Part shown: piece by piece, positions 10,745-20,277 of the stretch | How the letters are laid out: the number at the start of each line of letters is the position of its first letter | Numbering within the stretch: position 1 is the first letter of the stretch | Origin: Vampirovibrionales bacterium | Lineage (GTDB): Bacteria > Cyanobacteriota > Vampirovibrionia > Vampirovibrionales > JAJTHC01 | Assembly: GCA_035285025.1 (NCBI GenBank) | Contig: JAYKHY010000036.1 | Span: forward strand, 1 to 64,000 | DNA length: 64,000 bases | Reading direction: 5' to 3' | Program-made: the position numbers and the translations under genes | Notes under the pieces: model-generated | What the model saw: only the letters and a program-made list of their open reading frames with translations | The model's database searches: none | What the model was told of the DNA's origin: nothing

Positions 10745-10780
10745 CCCCTGATGAGGCAAGAAGCACGTCAGGGGTTTTTT
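10745..10780 (+). terminator. Rho-independent terminator after rpmA
   Basis: GC-rich hairpin CCCCTGA...TCAGGGG followed by TTTTTTG. Confidence 0.7.
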
Positions 10781-10798
10781 GTGGTTAATTATGCCACC

Positions 10799-10839
10799 TG
10801 ATTGGCCAGTTGGCCGCAAGCGGCGTTAATATCTGCGCC
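10799..10839. repeat. 41-bp direct repeat, copy 1 (displaced ancestral 3' end of rlmN)
   Basis: Identical over 41 bp to ~13058-13098 inside the rlmN 3' end. Read on the minus strand it would encode ...GADINAACGQLANQ-VA-stop. Confidence 0.85.
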
Positions 10840-13057
10840 GCTCGCTAGGGATGTTAGCTAGCTGGACGGTGAAGAATCATTGGCCGCGGGCGATTGCAGG
10901 CGGTTAATGATACCCGTCTTGATTTGATCTCGAAGACCTCCATTATCGGTTTTTGCGCCTGATTCTGCGGCTGATAGCATGCCGGTCAGCTTTTCGGAAA
11001 GAAGCACGCTCATCAGGCCTTCCATCAGGTTGCCGCCATCGGAGCCCCCCATCGAAATTTTGGGGACAACATCGACTTTAGATTGCTCAATGGCTTCAGC
11101 AAAGCGCTGCATTACCTGTTGCACCAGCTGGAATTGCGGCCCGCCGTAAGCGGCCACTTGTTCTTCTATGGCCATGGCTTGCGCAATCCCGACGCGGGCG
11201 GCGCGCTAGGCTTCGGCGTCTGCAATCAGCTTGATTTTTTGCGCGTCGCCATCGGCCACAATGCTAATACGGCTTGCTTCGGCTTCTGCAAGCGCTTTAA
11301 TTTGTTGCGCCTGTTGCTGCGCGCGCGCCAGATCGGCTTTACCTTGGTTACTTTGGACGTTAATACTGATTTCTGACTCGGTCAATAGGGTTTGCTGCTT
11401 GGCCCGGGCCTCGGCCTCGCGGAGTTCTTTCTCTTTGACGGCCGCTTTTTCTTGCCGGTTGTAGGTTTCCACCTGTTCCTCGGCCACTTGTCTGGAGCGC
11501 AACTGATTTAGGATCATCTCGATTTGCTGATCGCTCTCTTTAGAGCCTGGCGTGCCAATGAGTACTTCTTCCAGCTCAAGATTATAGTGCGCAAAGCGCT
11601 CGCGCATCTCGTTAAGTGATTGCTGCTGGATAAAGCTTCTTTCCTGGATCAGCTGGATTAAGGTTCTGGTTTGGCCCACGTTTTTAAAATAGGCGGCCAC
11701 CATCGGGTCCAGCGTTTGCTCAACCAGGCGCTTAATATCGCCAAAACGTTGAATGACCAACGGCGCTTTACGGTAGTCAATATGGATAACCACCGACAAC
11801 GGCAGCGTCGGTTCAAACGCATCCTTGGTAATTAAATTGACTTCAGACAAGTTTTCATCCAGTCGGTGGGTCCCGGCCTGGTTGCTGATCCATTTTAAAA
11901 TAATGTTGGTGGTTGGCACCATAATTATTTTGCCGGCGTAGGTGTTAAACGCGTATTTACCAGGCAATAACGGTAGATTCCAAACGCCTCGATAGCCTTT
12001 GCCGACCATCTCGCCATGGTTATAATCTTTGCCGCTCAGGTCTTCGCCAATCTCGCCTGTATACGAGACGACCACGCCGGCATTGCCAACCTCTACAATT
12101 GTTTTAGGGATCATCTCGACGGTGGCAAACAGACGGTTAATGTAATATGTACCCTCGACCAGCACTTGCAGCTGGCGGCCGCGTTTTCCACCGGCAGCAA
12201 GGAATTTGTCCGGATCCTGAAAGTTGTTATGGTAAACCTCGGGCACGGTTTGGTCGTCGCCCACCGTTTGCGCAATAATTTCGTTAGGCTCTAACGAAGG
12301 ACCGTCGTGTACCGTAACTATGCCAACCAGATCGTCAGCGTCTTTAATTACAATTGGCGAAAACCCGTTACGCTCTAGAATGAGCTCTCTCATCCGCTCG
12401 AACATCTCGACTTCGTTTATGTCCAATGGTAAATAATATAAATGATCTTCCGTCAGAATCACGAACTGGGCCAGGTTTATGGCATAGGTGCCTTCGCGCA
12501 AGATTAGTCTTTGTGGGCCTTTTTGCCCACCAGCTTTAAGAAACACTTCTGTGTCCTGAAAATCTTTTGCAGAAATATTGGCCGCTAGCGCTTGCGTAGA
12601 AGGTAGCGAATGGCCGTCTCGGGCAAAGACGTAGCCAATTTTACCCTGAGGAATGGTGACCAGGGGCATAATATGCACCCGGTATTGCAGTGGCACCAAA
12701 AAGTGCCACCCCCCCCTTAAAATATGAGGTTGGAACCCAGCCTCGCCACCAAGGGCAATAAGTCCAGATTTAACAGACCCATTAAGGCTAAAAAACTTTT
12801 CGACAATGCCCACCCTGGCGTTTGGAATATAGCGAACCGTTAATGCGATTAGACTCAGCACAAGTACCGTGAGGATTGTTAGATAGGGATGAGCCAACAC
12901 AAAATCAGTCATTTGACATAGCGCTCCTGTTGCTGTTAATACCTTACGGGCGGGGGATATGGCGCTATTAAAGCAAGGCTCGAAGCGTTCTGCATCCTAT
13001 ATCAAGAGGCTTGCTCAAAATTAGAAAAAAGTTTGCTATGCAACATTCGAAGAGTGT
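10840..13057 (-). mobile_element. 2.2 kb islet inserted at the rlmN 3' end, carrying a flotillin gene and bounded by 41-bp direct repeats; no integrase
   Basis: Bracketed by exact 41-bp duplication of the rlmN terminus. Islet GC is lower (~45-50%) than the backbone. The gene-proximal copy provides a new rlmN tail (NQHSSNVA-stop versus NQVA-stop). Confidence 0.45.
10858..12912 (-). pseudogene. Flotillin / SPFH (band 7, YqiK-like) gene interrupted by an in-frame TAG
   Basis: The 568-aa SPFH/flotillin ORF (11206..12912) ends ...ADAEA-TAG. The same frame continues RAARVGIAQA-MAIEEQ... into ORF 10858..11175. Both ORF ends are congruent mod 3, so this is one gene with a premature stop at ~11206-11208. 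Confidence 0.6.
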
Positions 13058-14226
13058 TGATTGGCCAGTTGGCCGCAAGCGGCGTTAATATCTGCGCCAC
13101 GCTCCAGGCGAACCGTCACTTTACGTCCGTAACCGCTCACAATCTCTCGAAACGTCTCGATGGCTTTAGGGCTCGAGCGTTTTAAGGCTTCGCCGCCCGG
13201 CGGCAGCAATTGTGCCGCAATCGGGTTATACGGAATCAGATTCACGTTGCATTTAAGGCCTTTTAACTGCTGCGCCAGCATGTGGGCTTGGGTCGGGCTA
13301 TCGTTAATGCCCGCCAGCATAATGTATTCAATCGTCAGGCGCCTGCGGGTGGTGTTTACATAGTGGTGCAGGGCCGGCAGCAGCTCTGCGATGGGGTATT
13401 TGGCGTTAATCGGCATAAACGCGCTGCGCGTGGTGTCGTCGGGCGCGTGGAGCGAGACGGCCAGCGTGACGGGCAGGGCTTCTTGTGCCAGTCGATAGAT
13501 GCCCGGTACTATCCCTGCGGTCGAGATAGTCATGCGGCGCATGCCGACTTCGGCCGACTGGTTGAGCAGCATCATGGCCGGAATCACGTTATCCAGATTC
13601 AGGAGCGGTTCGCCTTGGCCCATAAACACGATGTTTCTGACTTCTGCTTGCGCTAAATGTTGCACGTACAGGTATTGGTCCACGATTTCGGCGACGGTGA
13701 GCTGGCGTTTAAAGCCCAGTTTGGCTGTGGCGCAAAAGTGGCAGCCAACGGCACAGCCGGCTTGGCTGCTAATGCACGCCGAGAGCGTTCCGCGCTCCTG
13801 GTAGGGCATAAGTACAGATTCGATTCTATAGGGCGACGCGTTTGCCGGCGATGCTGCACCAGTCGCGGGGCCTGGCAAATTTGCTGGCGACGCCAGTTCA
13901 AACAAAAACTTTTGCGTCCCGTCCCGGCTTTGCTCGCGGGTGTGTAACGTTAGGCAGCCGATTTGCGGGAATTTTTCGGCCAACTTGGCCCGAGTGCTTT
14001 TTGCCAGATTGCTCATGGCCTCGTAGTCTCGAACGCACTTGACATAAAGCCATTGATGCAATTGCTCAGCCCTGAAAGCCGGTTCTTCCATCGATTGCAT
14101 TAAGGCTTGCAGGCTTGTCAAATCATGCCCAATCAAGTAGCTGGGTTCGGGTCGTATCTCGTGTTGCGCTTCGGGTTGGCGTTTTGGACTGTCCGGTTTC
14201 ATCATAGCCTTATCAGTATGCGGCAA
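13036..14226 (-). CDS. rlmN: 23S rRNA (adenine2503-C2)-methyltransferase RlmN (radical SAM)
   Basis: CAVGCHFC radical-SAM cysteine motif and overall RlmN/Cfr family similarity. The C-terminal 14 codons lie in the 41-bp repeat. Confidence 0.9.
   Translation of the reverse strand: MPHTDKAMMKPDSPKRQPEAQHEIRPEPSYLIGHDLTSLQALMQSMEEPAFRAEQLHQWLYVKCVRDYEAMSNLAKSTRAKLAEKFPQIGCLTLHTREQSRDGTQKFLFELASPANLPGPATGAASPANASPYRIESVLMPYQERGTLSACISSQAGCAVGCHFCATAKLGFKRQLTVAEIVDQYLYVQHLAQAEVRNIVFMGQGEPLLNLDNVIPAMMLLNQSAEVGMRRMTISTAGIVPGIYRLAQEALPVTLAVSLHAPDDTTRSAFMPINAKYPIAELLPALHHYVNTTRRRLTIEYIMLAGINDSPTQAHMLAQQLKGLKCNVNLIPYNPIAAQLLPPGGEALKRSSPKAIETFREIVSGYGRKVTVRLERGADINAACGQLANQHSSNVA
13058..13098. repeat. 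41-bp direct repeat, copy 2 (functional rlmN 3' end)
   Basis: Exact match to 10799-10839. Confidence 0.85.
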
Positions 14227-14523
14227 TAAGGCTTTAGTCGCCTAAAAAAGAGGGGCTTTAATGTATCAAGTTGTAACAAATCAAAGCGTAATTTTAAAAA
14301 TAAAACAATCATAAAAATTACTGATTGTTTATTATATTGGAGAATGGTTTAAGATCGCAGATCCACATTCTAGGAAAGTGAACATCACAATATCGTCATT
14401 GAATTGTTGGCTAAGTTCAAATTGCATCCATTACGTATAAACAGTTCGATCTCTCTTTTGGGCTAAATGTTCGTTTTTTAAAACTTGAAACTCTAAAAAA
14501 ATTTCGAGGAGGTTACCAGTCCA

Positions 14524-15261
14524 ATGTCATCCATAACACCAAATATGGTGCAAGTAGGCAATTATTTTGCAAATGGTGCGCTAACGGCAAACATGTCGGG
14601 GCAGTCTTCGCTGCAAACCGGTATGTGGGGCACCTCTGCAAGTGTTGCCGGCCCGTTGGCGTTTGGCGCGCACAACGTGGTTGATAATTTGCCTGGCACA
14701 TCGCCATTTGGGGCCTCTTACACGGCGGCATCCATGACCAACCCTCAAACGTTTGCAGCCGGCGGGCAAAATCCGTTTTCGCCAATTCCGGGTGCTAACT
14801 ACAGACCGTTTAACCTAAATCCGCAAATCGAATCGCAGCTGATGCAAGCCGGTTGGCAGCCGCCAGCACAGGCTGCACCGCAGTTTGGTCAGGCTGCTCA
14901 GCTAGGTCAGGTTCCGCAATATGGTGCTCCTGCGGTTCAAACAGCGCCTACGACAGCGCCAGCAGCTGATGGTAACAATTTGCTGAGTGGTTTTGTGGAC
15001 TGGCTAAACGCACGCTTGCAAACCAATGGCACCGGTCCGGGCGGCATTAGCAGCCGCCAGATTACACCGTTTGGCGACTACACCACGAAAATCGGCCCCG
15101 GTGGTGGTATTGCCAACGTTGGATTGCTGGGTATTCAGATTGCGGGCGACGCAATCGGGATGCGGCGAATGGTTGGCAACCCCGGCATTATTCTGGATTA
15201 TGCAGGTTCGGGCTACACCAATACGAACTTCTTGCAGCAAGGCCAGTTCTTCTCGGTATAA
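14524..15261 (+). CDS. Hypothetical Gly/Gln/Pro-rich, cysteine-free protein (245 aa)
   Basis: ORF with an AT-rich upstream region and a terminator-like T-rich hairpin downstream. Composition is harpin-like (no Cys, Gly-rich). No known domain. Confidence 0.6.
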   Translation: MSSITPNMVQVGNYFANGALTANMSGQSSLQTGMWGTSASVAGPLAFGAHNVVDNLPGTSPFGASYTAASMTNPQTFAAGGQNPFSPIPGANYRPFNLNPQIESQLMQAGWQPPAQAAPQFGQAAQLGQVPQYGAPAVQTAPTTAPAADGNNLLSGFVDWLNARLQTNGTGPGGISSRQITPFGDYTTKIGPGGGIANVGLLGIQIAGDAIGMRRMVGNPGIILDYAGSGYTNTNFLQQGQFFSV

Positions 15262-15368
15262 AAACCGTGAATCACGCAAAAACGTCTCTTTTAGCAATAA
15301 AAGGGGCGTTTTTTTTGCGTTTTAAATTTTTTTGAATAAAAACGGCGCTTCTGCCTCATCTGCACGCC

Positions 15369-16490
15369 CTAATGCGTAACGCGCTGCTTTAGGGCCTGGC
15401 ACTGTTGGTTGTAAAAATCGTCAAATTGGCCGTTTAACACGGCCTGCCGCGCCTGCGCGGTAAGTCGTACCAGATAACTGACGTTATGAATGCTCAGCAG
15501 CGTTTTGCCTGCGGATTCGTTGAGGCGTAACAAGTGCCGAATGTAAGCGCGGCTGTGGTTACGGCAAGCCTCGCATGGGCAATCTTCCACAAGTGGGGCA
15601 AAATCTTCGGTGTATTGGGCGTTTTTTATGTTCTGGCGACCGGTTGGCGTAAAAAACGCGCCGTGGCGCGCCACGCGGGTGGGCATTACGCAATCAAACA
15701 GGTCAATGCCCGCATGGATGCCCATCAGCAAATCTTCCGGGGTGCCGACGCCCATTAAATAGCGCGGTTTATCGGCAGGCAGCAAGGGGGCTGTAAAGCG
15801 GGTAATGGCCGCAACTTTGTCCTGAGATTCGCCAACGCTGACGCCGCCGATGGCATAGCCGTGTGCCGGGTATTGTGTGACGGCCTGCACGGAGCCTTCT
15901 CGCAAGGATTCAAACGTGCCGCCTTGCACAATCGGGAAAAGTGCTTGATCGTCCGGGCGGGCGTGCGCTTCAAAGCAACGCTCCAGCCATCGGTGGGTGC
16001 GCTCGGTAGCGCTGCGGACTTGCTCAAACGTGGCTTGCCCCGGGGGGCATTCATCAAAAGCCATCATCACATCTGGCCCCAGCGCGTTCTGGATGGCCAT
16101 GGATTCTTTGGGGCCAATAAAATGCGCCGCGCCCGAGACCGGATCGCGGAACGTGACGCCCGCCTCGGTAATTTTACGATGTTTAGAGAGGCTAAACACC
16201 TGAAACCCGCCGGAATCCGTCAGCATGGGGCCGCGCCAGTTCATCCATCTGTGCAGGCCGCCCGCTTTCTGGATGAGCGCAGGGCCTGGCCGCAGGTACA
16301 AATGGTAGGCATTGGCCAGAATCATTTGCGGCTGAGTTTGGGCCAATTGGTTTTGCGTAAGGGTTTTAACGGTGCTATGGGTGCCGACCGGCATAAAGGC
16401 GGGGGTTAGCACTTGTCCGTGGGGCGTCAAAAAGTTGCCCGCCCGGGCTTGGCCTTGGGTCGCTTGAAGCTGAAAAGTAAAATGACTCAC
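15369..16490 (-). CDS. tgt: Queuine tRNA-ribosyltransferase
   Basis: FMPVGT, zinc-site CxCxxC...H region and full-length similarity to Tgt. Confidence 0.92.
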   Translation of the reverse strand: MSHFTFQLQATQGQARAGNFLTPHGQVLTPAFMPVGTHSTVKTLTQNQLAQTQPQMILANAYHLYLRPGPALIQKAGGLHRWMNWRGPMLTDSGGFQVFSLSKHRKITEAGVTFRDPVSGAAHFIGPKESMAIQNALGPDVMMAFDECPPGQATFEQVRSATERTHRWLERCFEAHARPDDQALFPIVQGGTFESLREGSVQAVTQYPAHGYAIGGVSVGESQDKVAAITRFTAPLLPADKPRYLMGVGTPEDLLMGIHAGIDLFDCVMPTRVARHGAFFTPTGRQNIKNAQYTEDFAPLVEDCPCEACRNHSRAYIRHLLRLNESAGKTLLSIHNVSYLVRLTAQARQAVLNGQFDDFYNQQCQALKQRVTH

Positions 16491-16648
16491 AGGAGTTTGG
16501 GCTTTTAGGCAAAATACGTATTAAACGGATAAATGGCGGGCTTGTGGCAGAAAGATTGATTGAATCGCGATGAGGCACTCGCGTGAAAGCCTGCTGGGTT
16601 AAAACGTGCAGAGGACGACAATCGCTAAAAAAAGCGTACACTGAATCT

Positions 16649-18028
16649 ATGACGTCTGAAATACTGGTACCCGCGCCGAGCCGATTTTGTATTGATCCTG
16701 CGCGCCTGGATGCGTTAAACACCCAGCTGGATACCTTGCTGCAGCAGAATGATCTGATGCGATACCAGGGCCGCGTGAGCAAGCTGATGGGCCTGACCGT
16801 TGAGGCGCAGCTACCCAAGCTTAAAATCGGCGATTTATGTTTTATTGAAAGCAGTAACGGCGCGCCTAAACCCGCCGAGGTGGTGGCGTTTAAGGGCGAT
16901 ACGGCCCAAATGCTGCTGTTGTATGATGGCACCGGCATTTACCAAGGCAGCTGGGTGACCACGACCAACGAGCCGATTCGGGTGCCGGTGGGCGATTTTT
17001 TGCTGGGTCGGTTGATTTCGCCATTGGGTGAGCCGCTGGATGGCATGCCGCTGGATACCAGCAAAGCCAAGTTTGTAAGCGCCGATGCCGCGCCGCCAGA
17101 CCCGATGAACCGGCCGATTATTAAAAATCGGTTTTCTACGGGCGTGCGCGCCGTGGATTCGTTGTTGACGATGGGAGCCGGGCAGCGCATGGGGCTGTTT
17201 GCGGGCTCAGGGGTGGGTAAATCAACCATGTTGGGTATGATTGCCCGAAACTCGGATGCGGATGTTAACGTGGTGGCCCTGATTGGCGAACGCGGCCGCG
17301 AGGTGAAAGAGTTTTTAGAAAACAGCCTGGGTGAAGAGGGCGTGCGGCGTTCGGTGATGGTTTGCGCCACCGGCGATCAGCCGCCGTTGCTACGAATGAA
17401 GTGCCTACAAACTGCCACGGCGGTGGCCGAGTATTTTAGAGATCAAGGTAAAAAAGTATTTTTAATGACGGATACCGTGACCCGGGCTGCGATGAGCGGG
17501 CGCGAGGTGGGGCTGGCTATTGGCGAGCCGCCCACGATGAAGGGCTACCCACCGTCGATTTTCTCGTGGCTGCAAAAGGTGCTGGAGCGCTCGGGGATTA
17601 CCGAGCAGGGCTCGATTACCGCGCTGTATACCGTGCTGGTTGAAGGCGATGATATCAACGATCCGGTGTGCGATACCGTGCGCGGGATTATTGACGGGCA
17701 CATTATGTTGTCTCGGAAGGTGGCGGCCAAGAATCATTTTCCGGCGATTGATGTGTTGGGTAGCGTGAGCCGTTTGTTTACCGAGATTTGTGAGCCCGAG
17801 CACATGCGTGCGGCAGGTAAAATGCGCGAATTGATGGCGATTTATCAAGATGCCAAAGATCTGATTGACGTGGGCGCATACGAGCGCGGAGCCAACCCTA
17901 AAATTGATTTGGCGATGGATTTAATGCCCGAGATTAACGGGTTTTTAAAACAATCGGTCAAAGATTTGGTGACCATGGACAGCACAATTGCCCGCCTGCA
18001 AGAGATGATGGCCCCTGTGCAGCTGTAA
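16649..18028 (+). CDS. FliI/SctN-family ATPase (flagellar/type III secretion export ATPase), orphan
   Basis: RMGLFAGSGVGKSTMLGMIARN Walker A and full-length FliI/YscN similarity. No other flagellar or T3SS genes are adjacent. Start at MTSEIL. Confidence 0.85.
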   Translation: MTSEILVPAPSRFCIDPARLDALNTQLDTLLQQNDLMRYQGRVSKLMGLTVEAQLPKLKIGDLCFIESSNGAPKPAEVVAFKGDTAQMLLLYDGTGIYQGSWVTTTNEPIRVPVGDFLLGRLISPLGEPLDGMPLDTSKAKFVSADAAPPDPMNRPIIKNRFSTGVRAVDSLLTMGAGQRMGLFAGSGVGKSTMLGMIARNSDADVNVVALIGERGREVKEFLENSLGEEGVRRSVMVCATGDQPPLLRMKCLQTATAVAEYFRDQGKKVFLMTDTVTRAAMSGREVGLAIGEPPTMKGYPPSIFSWLQKVLERSGITEQGSITALYTVLVEGDDINDPVCDTVRGIIDGHIMLSRKVAAKNHFPAIDVLGSVSRLFTEICEPEHMRAAGKMRELMAIYQDAKDLIDVGAYERGANPKIDLAMDLMPEINGFLKQSVKDLVTMDSTIARLQEMMAPVQL

Positions 18029-18042
18029 AGCCAGTAGGGCGT

Positions 18043-18375
18043 TTACGCAAACGTGTTCAAGGGCTTTTTAATAGATTGCTGTAAATGCGATTGATGTTGT
18101 TTGAGTTGCTCAAACGCGTCGGGGAGTTGCTCAGGCGTTGTAACGGAAATACTGTAAGAATGGCTGTCAAAGGGCGCTTTCGCGGGATAAACCCCACGCA
18201 ATACGTATTGCGGTGTATTGTTTGTGCTGTATTTCGCTGGCTCAAGCGTAACTTTGGTGGGGCCGTTAGGCGCTTGATGTTTTTTAGCCAGCGCTGCTAA
18301 CGCTAGTTTTAAGTCATCGGGAACGGTTGATTTAACAAAAAATTGCGTACCAAAACAAGCTGATTTAAGGTGCAT
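18043..18375 (-). CDS. Hypothetical protein (110 aa)
   Basis: ORF convergent with the ATPase gene. No recognisable domain. Confidence 0.4.
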   Translation of the reverse strand: MHLKSACFGTQFFVKSTVPDDLKLALAALAKKHQAPNGPTKVTLEPAKYSTNNTPQYVLRGVYPAKAPFDSHSYSISVTTPEQLPDAFEQLKQHQSHLQQSIKKPLNTFA

Positions 18376-18421
18376 GACGTTATATTTAAATTAACCCTGA
18401 AATTAACTTATTCTAAAAAAC

Positions 18422-19768
18422 TTACGCAAGCGCGGTTTCGGCAATAAACCCGGTATCGATGTTTTTGCCCTCGGTAAAAATTGCGTTTTGCATAACCTGT
18501 TGATGAAACGGAATCGTGGTTTTAACGCCCGTAATGGCGTACTCGTGCAGGGCGCGCTGCATGCGGGCAATGGCCGCGTTACGGGTTTCGCCCCAGCAAA
18601 TCAGCTTGCCAATCATCGAATCATAAAACGGCGGAATTTTATAACCACTGTACACATGGCTATCCACCCGAATCCCAAAGCCGCCCGGCGGGCAATAGCC
18701 ATCGATGGTGCCTGGGTTGGGCATAAAGTTTTTGGTCGGGTCTTCGGCGTTAATGCGGCATTCAATGGCGTGGCCGCGCAGGGTAATGTCGTCCTGGGTT
18801 AGCCAAAGGCGTTCGCCAGCCGCAACGCGAATTTGCGCCTGAATTAAATCGATGCCCGTTACCATCTCGGTGACGGGATGCTCCACCTGAATGCGGGTGT
18901 TCATTTCCATAAAATAGGCGTTTAGGTCGTTATCAAACAAAAATTCTACGGTGCCTACGCCTTCATAACCCAGTTTGCGAATGGCGCGCAGCAGTTGATT
19001 CCCCACGCGCTCGCGAATTTCTGGGGTGACCACGGGCGAGGGCGATTCTTCGAGCAGTTTTTGGTGGCGTCGCTGAATCGAGCAGTCGCGTTCGCCCAGA
19101 TGCACGACGTTGCCATATTTATCGGCCAAAATCTGAAACTCAATGTGGCGCGGCTTGGCAATGAGTTTTTCGGCGTACATGCCGGGATTACCAAAGGCGG
19201 CTTTGGCCTCGTTTTGGGCCATGGCTAGCATTTCGGCAACTTTGGATTCATCCTCGACGATGCGCATGCCTTTGCCGCCGCCGCCTGCGGTGGCTTTAAG
19301 TAGAATCGGGAACCCGACCGCTTTTCCCCAGGCCGCAATCAAATCCGGATCGCTCACGATGCCATCGGTGCCGGGCACCACGGGCAGGCCGGCTTCTTGC
19401 GCGGCTTTTTTGGCCGAGGCTTTATCGCCCATGGTGTTAATCATTTTGGCGCTTGGGCCAATAAAGGCGACTTTATGCTCGGCGCAAATATCTGCAAACG
19501 TGGCGTTTTCGGCCAAAAACCCGTAGCCCGGATGAATGGCGTCGGCCCCCGAGACGCAGGCAACGCTCATGATGTTATGAATATTCAGGTAACTTTGCGC
19601 AGCGGGCGCGGGGCCCACGCAGTAGGCTTCGTCGGCCAGTTGCACGTGCAGGCTGTCTGCGTCTGGTTCTGAGTATATGGCGACTGAAGGCACGCCAAGC
19701 TCTCGGCAGGCGCGGATGATGCGTAAAGCGATTTCGCCCCGGTTTGCAATCAGGATTTTGTTAAACAT
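18422..19768 (-). CDS. accC: Acetyl-CoA carboxylase biotin carboxylase subunit
   Basis: MFNKILIANRGEIALRIIRA N-terminus and ATP-grasp motifs. No accB upstream, which is unusual. Confidence 0.93.
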   Translation of the reverse strand: MFNKILIANRGEIALRIIRACRELGVPSVAIYSEPDADSLHVQLADEAYCVGPAPAAQSYLNIHNIMSVACVSGADAIHPGYGFLAENATFADICAEHKVAFIGPSAKMINTMGDKASAKKAAQEAGLPVVPGTDGIVSDPDLIAAWGKAVGFPILLKATAGGGGKGMRIVEDESKVAEMLAMAQNEAKAAFGNPGMYAEKLIAKPRHIEFQILADKYGNVVHLGERDCSIQRRHQKLLEESPSPVVTPEIRERVGNQLLRAIRKLGYEGVGTVEFLFDNDLNAYFMEMNTRIQVEHPVTEMVTGIDLIQAQIRVAAGERLWLTQDDITLRGHAIECRINAEDPTKNFMPNPGTIDGYCPPGGFGIRVDSHVYSGYKIPPFYDSMIGKLICWGETRNAAIARMQRALHEYAITGVKTTIPFHQQVMQNAIFTEGKNIDTGFIAETALA

Positions 19769-20140
19769 AAGCCAGCCGCCTTTTTGTATTTTTAGGAGTC
19801 TTAAATGCGCGTGTTTGCCATGCAAGTGCCATGGCAAACCGTTGTTGCCATTATACGCAAAGCCTTTTTAAGAAGCGATGACGTTCAGTGTAAGAGTCGT
19901 TAAGACAAGACGAGAGCATCCGCTTGGCGGTTTTAATGCCTAAACGAGAGCGCTGTTTTAGCCTGATCTGAGGAGATTTGCTTGTTACCAGAAAACCATC
20001 ACGAAGTTAATTTAGGAGGAAGGCAAAAAATCAGTAAGTTAAACGGCACTGGTTATGCAGAAAAATGATGGGATAACCGAAGCACATCAATTTTTAAAGT
20101 TTCTCCTTCTTATTATTCTTAACTATCTATTGTTGTTAGC

Positions 20141-20181
20141 AAAAAAAATAACGCCGCAGTGAGTATACACTCGGCTGCGGC
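20141..20181 (-). terminator. Rho-independent terminator of the amidohydrolase gene
   Basis: On the minus strand, hairpin GCCGCAG-loop-CTGCGGC followed by a U8 tract (A8 on the plus strand at ~20141-20148). Confidence 0.65.
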
Positions 20182-20277
20182 TGGGTCATCGTCAGTAACA
20201 GGAAAGGAAGGAAGTCTTTAAAAGCTTGTACTTATACTATGCCCGGATGCGAGGTGTTTTAAACTGTTTATATATTT

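Noticed and set aside
10799-13098. The 41-bp repeat as a REP/BIME-type dispersed repeat
   Set aside because: One copy is in-frame coding sequence forming the C-terminus of rlmN. It occurs only twice in the window, exactly flanking a foreign gene, so it is a gene-end duplication rather than a palindromic extragenic repeat.
13160-14042. Plus-strand ORFs overlapping rlmN (13160..13363, 13282..13656, 13499..13804, 13657..13947, 13842..14042)
   Set aside because: Antisense to a confidently identified radical-SAM gene. No independent support.
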